The notes under the pieces: generated by a model
What the model was told of the DNA's origin: nothing
The model's database searches: none
Seen by the model: the letters and a program-made list of their open reading frames with translations, nothing else
Program-made: the position numbers and the translations under genes
Shown here: positions 25,224 through 32,000 of the stretch, in pieces
How positions within the stretch are numbered: the first letter of the stretch is position 1
Layout: the number at the start of each line of letters is the position of its first letter
IMG/VR virus record: IMGVR_UViG_3300045988_161588
Span: 97,338 to 129,337 of that record
DNA from: a virus
Reading direction: 5' to 3' (one strand)
Length of the DNA stretch: 32,000 nucleotides

Positions 25224-25448
25224 ATGGATAGTAAAAATTTTAAAGTTGGCGATAAAGTTTGGTTTTGGGAGCGATGGCCAGAAAGACCTGTATTTGGTAC
25301 TATTGAAAAAATTTATATTACTGGATCAAAATTATGGGCCGAGTTAAATTATGATAATGGAAGACCTGCTGGACGATTTTTTGATTATTTATTTGAAACG
25401 AAAGAAGATTTATTGGAGTTTAAAAAAAAGAATAAAAGCAAAATTTGA
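25224..25448 (+). CDS. Hypothetical protein
   Basis: MDSKNFKVGDKVWFWERWPERPVFGTIEKI.... Confidence 0.65.
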   Translation: MDSKNFKVGDKVWFWERWPERPVFGTIEKIYITGSKLWAELNYDNGRPAGRFFDYLFETKEDLLEFKKKNKSKI

Positions 25449-25461
25449 TTGGAGTGATTTT

Positions 25462-25734
25462 ATGGCGTTTACTGTAAATTTTCCTGTTGATACAGGAACA
25501 TTTGTAATTACAAATTATAAAGATGTTGATTTAAGCAAACCAGAAACCTTACTTGGTAGAGTTGGTACTATTGCATGTTACCAAAGTATTACTCAGGAAA
25601 GCGATGATAATTCGTTTATCGTTATGGTATCAGGATATAAAGATGCGTGGTGTCAAGAAACTTTGTTAGATTGGTTACATATTGCAACAAATGAAGAAGT
25701 TGAATTGTATAAGAAAGTAATGGGTGTTAAATGA
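25462..25734 (+). CDS. Hypothetical protein
   Basis: ATG 25462 after ggag: MAFTVNFPVDTGTFVITNYKDVD...; ATGA overlap with the next gene. Confidence 0.65.
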   Translation: MAFTVNFPVDTGTFVITNYKDVDLSKPETLLGRVGTIACYQSITQESDDNSFIVMVSGYKDAWCQETLLDWLHIATNEEVELYKKVMGVK

Positions 25735-26015
25735 AGAAGAAAATTTTAGCTACGATTGCAGCTGGATTAATTTGTGTATCTGCGATTGGATGTGGAACAA
25801 CATATCAGGAAGCAACGAATATACCTGAAAAAGGAAATTTTGGCAACGGATATTTTACTGAACTGGCGAAGTGGAACGATGGCATATTAACTTTTAAAAT
25901 TGTTTATGATAATGACACAAAAGTAAAATATTTTATAATGAATGGTAATCGTACATCAGGTATCACACCACTTTATAATGCAGATGGAACATTACAGGTT
26001 TATGATGGAGAGTGA
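25731..26015 (+). CDS. Putative lipoprotein
   Basis: Signal peptide and lipobox MKKKILATIAAGLICVSAIGC. Confidence 0.75.
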   Translation: MKKKILATIAAGLICVSAIGCGTTYQEATNIPEKGNFGNGYFTELAKWNDGILTFKIVYDNDTKVKYFIMNGNRTSGITPLYNADGTLQVYDGE

Positions 26016-26018
26016 CAT

Positions 26019-26339
26019 ATGAAGTTAAAGAGAAGAAAAATACAGGGTGAAGTGCGCAAAGCATGGGTCTGCGAAATTACGTGGTTTTTAGATCAAGTAG
26101 CTGGATTAGATGAACGGCTTCATTATATTGTAATAAACGACTTAATATTGTTTGATGACGAAGAACCTGCAACATATTATATTAGAGTTCCTGGTGGAAC
26201 GGTCGGAAGCATCTTTTTGGATGATGACTATAACATTAAAGAGATTTTTATTGATCCGAATAATGTGGTAGAAAGTTATCCGGCGAACATTAATAAACAG
26301 ATGAAGAAATTTATTGGTGAAAGGATGATGATCGAGTAA
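26019..26339 (+). CDS. Hypothetical protein
   Basis: 106-aa ORF. Confidence 0.65.
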   Translation: MKLKRRKIQGEVRKAWVCEITWFLDQVAGLDERLHYIVINDLILFDDEEPATYYIRVPGGTVGSIFLDDDYNIKEIFIDPNNVVESYPANINKQMKKFIGERMMIE

Positions 26340-26512
26340 TGTACTGCAAAGGGGATTGTCAGTATTTAGATACTATTAAAGGTAAATGTAAGCTTAATGA
26401 TAAACGAAAAATGGCAAAAATGAAATATAGTAATGCTGGATTATCATTTACTGTTTATGAACATATTGGATTCTGTGAAATGGATGGTAAAGATGAGGAG
26501 GTTGGTGAGTAA
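26339..26512 (+). CDS. Small Cys-rich protein (57 aa)
   Basis: MYCKGDCQYLDTIKGKCKLNDKRKMAKMKYSNAGLSFTVYEHIGFCEMDGKDEEVGE*; below the ORF-track cut-off. Confidence 0.6.
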   Translation: MYCKGDCQYLDTIKGKCKLNDKRKMAKMKYSNAGLSFTVYEHIGFCEMDGKDEEVGE

Positions 26513-26750
26513 ATGGAATTGTTAAAATGTCCCTTTTGTGGGGAGTGAAAAACTAAAAGTTGGTCACAAAACAAAATTTAAAGATCCGTGGAAGAAAATT
26601 GTAAGAATGAGTTTTTATGTAATGTGCAATTGCTGTCGCGCAAAAGGAAGTACAATTTCAAAAGAGATCCATTATGATGATCAAGCAGAAGAAATTAGTA
26701 AAGCAAAAGATTTGGCTATTGAGAAGTGGAATATGAGGGACGAGATATGA
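26513..26750 (+). pseudogene. Lar-like (restriction-alleviation-type) zinc-ribbon protein split by a 1-nt frameshift
   Basis: ATG 26513 gives MELLKCPFCGE*. The adjacent frame gives ...SEKLKVGHKTKFKDPWKKIVRMSFYVMCNCCRAKGSTI...AIEKWNMRDEI. The break is at the GGGG run in tgtggggagtga. Confidence 0.6.
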
Positions 26751-27034
26751 GATTAATAGATGCTGATGCAGAAATAGAAAGACTACAAAAATGGATAAAA
26801 ATGACTGAAAAAGAAATAGTGCATTTTGATGACGAAAACGATGATTATAAAATAATAGGATATTTAATGGATCAAAGAAATATGTTTTTAGATGAGATTA
26901 GAAAACTTCAATCATATAGCACAGCTTATGATTTGGATATTTTGCTTGATGGTCTTAATGAGATTTTAAAAGATGAAATTTCGCAGCCGATTGCAGATTG
27001 TGTTTATGAGTGTGTGCAGCAAGGTTGTTGGTAA
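26747..27034 (+). CDS. Hypothetical protein
   Basis: MRLIDADAEIERLQKWIKMTEKE...; ATG 26747. Confidence 0.65.
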   Translation: MRLIDADAEIERLQKWIKMTEKEIVHFDDENDDYKIIGYLMDQRNMFLDEIRKLQSYSTAYDLDILLDGLNEILKDEISQPIADCVYECVQQGCW

Positions 27035-27070
27035 TATAATAAAAACGATATTTTATTGTGAAAATAGGAA

Positions 27071-27114
27071 CAATATATTGCGTTCTTAGTAACAATAAAC
27101 ACAATATATTGTGT
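27071..27114. promoter_or_regulatory. Two palindromic elements in the gap upstream of the Thg1-like operon
   Basis: CAATATATTG (27071-27080) and the 16-bp palindrome ACACAATATATTGTGT (27099-27114). Confidence 0.45.
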
Positions 27115-27135
27115 GTGAATGGATGGAAATAAATT

Positions 27136-27345
27136 ATGAAAGAAATTAGAAATTTTTTGTGTGATAAGAAACCAGATTTGTTTGATTATATTGCGTCCAG
27201 GGATATTGCACAAAAAGACAATTGTGTTATATGTCTTCAGTGGGTTGTTCCATACTCTGGTACATATAGTGAAGTGATTTATGGAAATGAAAGTGATGAA
27301 GATTTGGAAGCAATGGATAAGAAACATTATGTATATCCTATGTAA
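27136..27345 (+). CDS. Hypothetical protein
   Basis: 69-aa ORF. Confidence 0.6.
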   Translation: MKEIRNFLCDKKPDLFDYIASRDIAQKDNCVICLQWVVPYSGTYSEVIYGNESDEDLEAMDKKHYVYPM

Positions 27346-27360
27346 GAAGGGAGAAATAAT

Positions 27361-28224
27361 ATGCCAATAAATGATGATCTTGGTAAAAGAATGAAAGAAT
27401 ATTATGAGCAGATTTCAAAGACAAAATTAATGCGAAGATGTCCGGTTGTATTGAGAATTGATGGTAGGGCATTTCACACATTTTGTCGATCATTTAATAA
27501 ACCTTTTGATGATATTTTAGTTAAAACAATGCAGGATACAATGAAATATTTATGTGAAAATATAGAGGGTTGTGTGCTTGGATATACTCAGTCTGACGAA
27601 ATATCTTTACTACTTATTGATTATAAAAAATTAGATACTGCAGCTTGGTTTGATTATGAAGTACAGAAACTTTGTTCTATATCAGCAAGTATGGCAACTT
27701 TAGCTTTTAACAAATTCTTTTATGATAATGTAGAATTTAATTTCCAGGAAGAATGGGCAAAAATTAATGAAAAAATTACTAATAAAGAAATTAGTTCTGA
27801 AGAAGCAGAGCCTATGTTTGATAAATTAGAAGACGAATATTATGATAAATACTATTCTAAGTGTAACAAAGCAATGCTTGATTCAAGATGCTTCAATATT
27901 CCGAAAGAAGAAGTAACAAATTATTTCTATTGGCGACAACTCGATGCCACACGCAATTCTATTCAAATGGTTGGACAAGCAAATTTTTCACATAAAGAAT
28001 TACAGAATAAATCATGTAATGATATTCAAAATATGTTATTAACTGAAAAAGATATCAACTGGAACGATCTTATAACTTATAAAAAGCGTGGAAGCTGCTG
28101 TGTAAAAAAAGAATTTGTTCAAGATGATATTACACAAACCAAGTGGGTGGTAGATAAAAATATTCCTATCTTTAAAGGCGAAGATCGGTGCTACATTAAT
28201 GATTTAGTATTCGTTGGAGAGTGA
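27361..28224 (+). CDS. Thg1/Thg1-like protein (tRNAHis guanylyltransferase family, 3'-5' polymerase)
   Basis: VVLRIDGRAFHTF...NKPFD, GYTQSDEISLLL, DSRCFNIPKEEVTNYFYWRQLDATRNS, the conserved Thg1 family motifs. Confidence 0.93.
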   Translation: MPINDDLGKRMKEYYEQISKTKLMRRCPVVLRIDGRAFHTFCRSFNKPFDDILVKTMQDTMKYLCENIEGCVLGYTQSDEISLLLIDYKKLDTAAWFDYEVQKLCSISASMATLAFNKFFYDNVEFNFQEEWAKINEKITNKEISSEEAEPMFDKLEDEYYDKYYSKCNKAMLDSRCFNIPKEEVTNYFYWRQLDATRNSIQMVGQANFSHKELQNKSCNDIQNMLLTEKDINWNDLITYKKRGSCCVKKEFVQDDITQTKWVVDKNIPIFKGEDRCYINDLVFVGE

Positions 28225-28408
28225 TATTATAATGAAAGTATATTTTGGAAGTTTGGACCACATGGATATATATGCCTGTGCCGCAAAAAGTAAATTTACT
28301 GGAGATTATAATATAAGCATTATTCCAGATTATACTAAAATTCCTAATTGGTGTCCGTTATTAAATCAGAAAAATTATATTATGAAAGTAACAGGTGAAT
28401 TATTATGA
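28214..28408 (+). CDS. Hypothetical protein
   Basis: 64-aa ORF overlapping the end of the Thg1-like gene. Confidence 0.5.
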   Translation: MESDIIMKVYFGSLDHMDIYACAAKSKFTGDYNISIIPDYTKIPNWCPLLNQKNYIMKVTGELL

Positions 28409-28462
28409 AAGATTTTCCGGAATACATTAAAAAGAATTTAGAAGAGCTTAACCAGAGATGAT

Positions 28463-28696
28463 TTGATTTATTTACCCAGAGAGTATGATCATACATGGTC
28501 ATGTATTGGAGAGACGTTGGTTGATCAGAGTAAACAACATATAAATAATGAATATGCAATTGATAAGATCCGTTGTTATTTATCTGAGCTTAATGGACTA
28601 AATCCAAGAAGTAATAGATTGGATTTAGAAATTAAGTTACGAAAAGGTGAAATTACACCAGATGAATATAGGAAAATTGTGTTAGGTGGTGATTAA
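28463..28696 (+). CDS. Hypothetical protein
   Basis: 77-aa ORF. Confidence 0.6.
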   Translation: MIYLPREYDHTWSCIGETLVDQSKQHINNEYAIDKIRCYLSELNGLNPRSNRLDLEIKLRKGEITPDEYRKIVLGGD

Positions 28697-28698
28697 AG

Positions 28699-29001
28699 AT
28701 GCCAGTAAGTAGTGAAAAATATTATAAACCAGAAGAAGCTTTACAGGATCTACAGGTACAGGAAACGATTTTAAATGTTGCAGTTGATGTACAGGTATTG
28801 CTTAGAATTTTAGTTGATAAAGAAGTTATCACTAGAGAGGAAGTAGCAGAATATAGAAAAGAAGTTAGAAATTCACCCAAGTACAAAGTGGTAGCAGATG
28901 ATATTCAAAGACAAAAAACTGGGTTTCAGGCTGCTAAAGATAATCCACAGGAATATCTGAAAGCAATACTTAAAGCTAAAATGGATGGAAAAATTAATTA
29001 A
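28699..29001 (+). CDS. Hypothetical protein
   Basis: 100-aa ORF. Confidence 0.65.
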   Translation: MPVSSEKYYKPEEALQDLQVQETILNVAVDVQVLLRILVDKEVITREEVAEYRKEVRNSPKYKVVADDIQRQKTGFQAAKDNPQEYLKAILKAKMDGKIN

Positions 29002-29051
29002 GAAAGGATAAGTTCGTAAAATGCGCGCAGCTCTTACGATGGTAAGATAGG

Positions 29052-31250
29052 ATGAGAACTTTATTATTATTTCGTGGCGCTCCTGGAGTTGGAAAGAGCA
29101 CCTATATTGAAAAGAATGGTTTAAAACCATATACGTTATGTGCAGATGATATTAGGTTACTTTGCCAGAGTCCGGTATTATCTGTAAATGGTAATACAGA
29201 AATTACACAGAGCAATGATGGTACTGTTTGGAAAACATTATTTACTCTACTAGTGGTTAGAATGCAGCGTGGAGAATTCACAGTTATAGATGCAACTAAT
29301 TCCAAGACTTCTGAAATGAATAAATATAAGAAATTATGTCAGGAATATAGATACAGAATTTTTCTTGTTGATTTTACAGATGTTCCAATTGAAGAATGCA
29401 AGAAAAGAAATAGTCTTCGTGCTGCAATGAAACAGGTACCCGAAGCTATTATTGATAAGATGTATAGTAAGTTTAAGACACAGAGAATTCCGTCCGGTAT
29501 TACAGTAATTAAACCGGAAGAACTTGATAAAGTGTTTATGAAAAAGATTGATTTGTCCGAATATAAAGTGATTCATCACGTAGGAGATATACATGGTTGT
29601 AATACAGCTTTACAGAAATATTTGAACGCAATTAGCGGAATCAAGGACGATCACTTCTTTATATTTTGCGGAGACTATATTGATAGAGGAATTGAAAATG
29701 CGGAAGTGGTTCAGTTTCTCTTAAGCATTAAGGACAAACCAAACGTACTTTTGCTTGAGGGCAATCACGAAATTCATCTAAGGAAATATAGTGAAGATAA
29801 GAAGTCATTCTCAAAAGAATTTGAATTATTTACAAAACCTGCATTAGATAAAGCCGGTTTCAGTAAGAAAGATCTGCGGCAGCTGTGTAGAAAATTTGCT
29901 CAGTGTGCCTATTATACATATCATGGAAATACATATCTTGTTACTCACGGTGGTCTGAGTACAATCCCACAAAATCTTACTTTTGTAGCAACTGATCAGA
30001 TGATTCATGGAGTCGGTAGATATAACGATGTAGAGCAAGTTGCTGATACATTTTTCACCACTACCGATGATCATACTTATCAGATTTTTGGTCATAGAAA
30101 TACTAAAGGATTTGATATTAATGTTAATCCAAGAGTATACGATCTTGAAGGGCAGGTTGAATTTGGCGGATATCTAAGATGTGTTGATATTGTTCCTGGT
30201 GGAAATACAACCTATAAGATCAAAAATGATGTATTCAGAGAGCCGGTAAGAGCAGCGAAAAAATTGAGTAGTAGTGTAGCTGATGTTCTTGTTGATTTAC
30301 GTCATAACTCATACATTTCTGAAAAACAGTTTGGAAATATTTCTTCATTTAATTTCACACCTGCAGCTTTCTATGAAAAGAAATGGAATGAGCAGACTAC
30401 AAAAGCAAGAGGATTATATATTGATACAGAAGAATGTAAAGTATTCTGTCGTGGATATGAGAAGTTTTTCAATGTCAATGAACGAGAAGAAACACAGATG
30501 GATGTATTGCAGCATACTTTGAAATTCCCAGTAGCTTGTTATGTAAAAGAAAATGGATTTCTTGGACTTGTTTCTTGGAATAAATATACGGACGATTTAT
30601 TTATCACAAGTAAGTCTGATCCTGAAGGACCATTTGCAGAATATTTGAGAAGTATGATTTATGAGAAAATTCCAAAAGACAAGCTTGATGATATGAAAAT
30701 TTATCTTAAAGAGCATGATGTGACTTTTGTGTTTGAATGCTGCGATATGAAAAACGATCCTCATATTATTGAATATCCAGAAAGTAAATTAGTGCTACTT
30801 GACATTATTTATAATACTTTGGATTTTGAGAAATATGATTATGAAGACATGGCTCATGTAGGTCGTGAGCTTGGATTAACTATTAAGAAACAAGCTTATG
30901 AGTTATCTACATGGCAGGAATTTTATGATTGGTATTTTGAAGTTTTAGAAGAAGATTATGAATACAGAGGTGATAAGATCGAAGGATTTGTAATCGAAGA
31001 TGCTAATGGATATATGGTTAAGCTTAAACTTACATATTATAACTTCTGGAAATTTATGCGTGGTATTGCTCATGAGACTTTGAAGAAAGGTCATACAAGC
31101 AGGACATCATTGTTGACTACACCTGTAGCGAATGAGTTTTATGCATGGTGTAAAAAACAGTTCGAAAATGGCAAAGCTGATGAGTTACCAAGAGATATTG
31201 TTACTTTGAGAAAAATGTTTTATAAGGAGAAAGAGAATAATGTGGATTAG
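29052..31250 (+). CDS. Polynucleotide kinase - calcineurin-type phosphatase - Rnl1-like RNA ligase fusion
   Basis: P-loop LLLFRGAPGVGKST; metallophosphatase motifs VGDIHG, GDYIDRG, GNHE and THGG; ligase region with ARGLYID...RGYEKFFNVNE, nucleotidyl-Lys motif YVKENGFLG (KENG), EGFVIE and KLKLTYY. Confidence 0.93.
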   Translation: MRTLLLFRGAPGVGKSTYIEKNGLKPYTLCADDIRLLCQSPVLSVNGNTEITQSNDGTVWKTLFTLLVVRMQRGEFTVIDATNSKTSEMNKYKKLCQEYRYRIFLVDFTDVPIEECKKRNSLRAAMKQVPEAIIDKMYSKFKTQRIPSGITVIKPEELDKVFMKKIDLSEYKVIHHVGDIHGCNTALQKYLNAISGIKDDHFFIFCGDYIDRGIENAEVVQFLLSIKDKPNVLLLEGNHEIHLRKYSEDKKSFSKEFELFTKPALDKAGFSKKDLRQLCRKFAQCAYYTYHGNTYLVTHGGLSTIPQNLTFVATDQMIHGVGRYNDVEQVADTFFTTTDDHTYQIFGHRNTKGFDINVNPRVYDLEGQVEFGGYLRCVDIVPGGNTTYKIKNDVFREPVRAAKKLSSSVADVLVDLRHNSYISEKQFGNISSFNFTPAAFYEKKWNEQTTKARGLYIDTEECKVFCRGYEKFFNVNEREETQMDVLQHTLKFPVACYVKENGFLGLVSWNKYTDDLFITSKSDPEGPFAEYLRSMIYEKIPKDKLDDMKIYLKEHDVTFVFECCDMKNDPHIIEYPESKLVLLDIIYNTLDFEKYDYEDMAHVGRELGLTIKKQAYELSTWQEFYDWYFEVLEEDYEYRGDKIEGFVIEDANGYMVKLKLTYYNFWKFMRGIAHETLKKGHTSRTSLLTTPVANEFYAWCKKQFENGKADELPRDIVTLRKMFYKEKENNVD

Positions 31251-31665
31251 TAAGAAGAAATATGAAGAATTAATAAAAAGAATTAATACTATTGAGGAAA
31301 AAACTTCTAAGTTTACTCCTTATGGTCCAAAATGGTTCGACCACTGTCGTGATGATATAAATGATATTCAACGAGTTATGAAAAATAGTAAACTTGGAGA
31401 AATCACATTCAAATCAATCTTCGATAAAACATTGTTTATACCGTATGAAGAACACGATAAATCTAAAAGCTATACACTAATTTATAAAGATTTTAAGGAA
31501 TATAAAATTACTGGGTTATATTTATTTGTACCTAAATTCGAAATTGATGAAAAAGATAATAATCTTATCCATGTAAAGGATAATATTAAGCAACTAGATG
31601 GAACAATAAAAGTAGAAGAGTATATTGTAGACCTACAAAATCAGACTTTTATAAGAACAAAATAA
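31240..31665 (+). CDS. Hypothetical protein
   Basis: 141-aa ORF overlapping the ligase-fusion end. Confidence 0.7.
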   Translation: MWISKKKYEELIKRINTIEEKTSKFTPYGPKWFDHCRDDINDIQRVMKNSKLGEITFKSIFDKTLFIPYEEHDKSKSYTLIYKDFKEYKITGLYLFVPKFEIDEKDNNLIHVKDNIKQLDGTIKVEEYIVDLQNQTFIRTK

Positions 31666-31685
31666 TAGATAAATGAAGAAGTAAA

Positions 31686-32000
31686 TTGTGTGGTATGATA
31701 CCACAGCTGGCGAAATCACCTATATTATAGTAATTTGGCGATGATACCAAATACCATACCTATAAAACTGAAGACTAAGCTCCAGCTGTTAAATAATTCC
31801 TTTAACATAGGCAACTCCTTTCAAACATAGCAAATTGACAAGTTACTAGCTAATATTTTACGCAGGAGCTGATCCGCCCTTAACACCTGGCGGTTTCAAT
31901 AGGTGATTTTAGATTCTGCTAGTCCCTTGGGTATATATCAGATACCCAAACACCTTTAGTAGGTATTGTACCACATATTTACCATATATTTCAAGGAGAA
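31686..32000 (+). ncRNA. Candidate large structured non-coding RNA, running off the window
   Basis: ~315 nt with no ORF and many complementary segments: TGTGGTAT-g-ATACCACA, CCGCC...GGCGG, CACCT...AGGTG, AGCTCC...GGAGCT, TTGGGTAT...ATACCCAA, and TGTGGTA with distal TACCACA. Confidence 0.5.

Overview
AT-rich, almost entirely +-strand, densely packed window with many small overlapping genes. It looks like part of a large Firmicutes (Clostridia-type) phage or phage-plasmid genome; that origin is inferred from gene content, and no structural genes are visible. The standout locus is 15674-19409. It holds a compact CRISPR array of one strongly diverged plus four near-identical 36-nt repeats, with four spacers of exactly 30 nt. 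A ~245-nt structured intergenic region follows, starting with an anti-repeat. Next comes an IscB-family RuvC/HNH nuclease (PLMP-like N-terminus, RuvC I/II/III, bridge helix, HNH; ~579 aa) with an unusually long C-terminus, then a 44-aa ORF and a 435-aa GIY-YIG protein. No cas1/cas2/cas9 is present. I interpret this as a mobile-element-borne, CRISPR-associated IscB whose guide-RNA scaffold is fused to, or pairs with, the array. Other notable content: a probable RNA-repair module (Thg1-like 3'-5' polymerase at 27361 and a kinase-calcineurin-type phosphatase-RNA ligase fusion at 29052); a promoter flanked by two Gram-positive-type LexA/SOS boxes upstream of a ~300-nt non-coding region and a sigma-like/DUF262-like operon; a MazF/PemK-like toxin; a tyrosine recombinase; an adenylosuccinate synthetase homologue; a vWA protein gene pair; several genes with apparent frameshifts; and a structured non-coding region at the 3' end of the window. 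No tRNA or rRNA gene was recognised.
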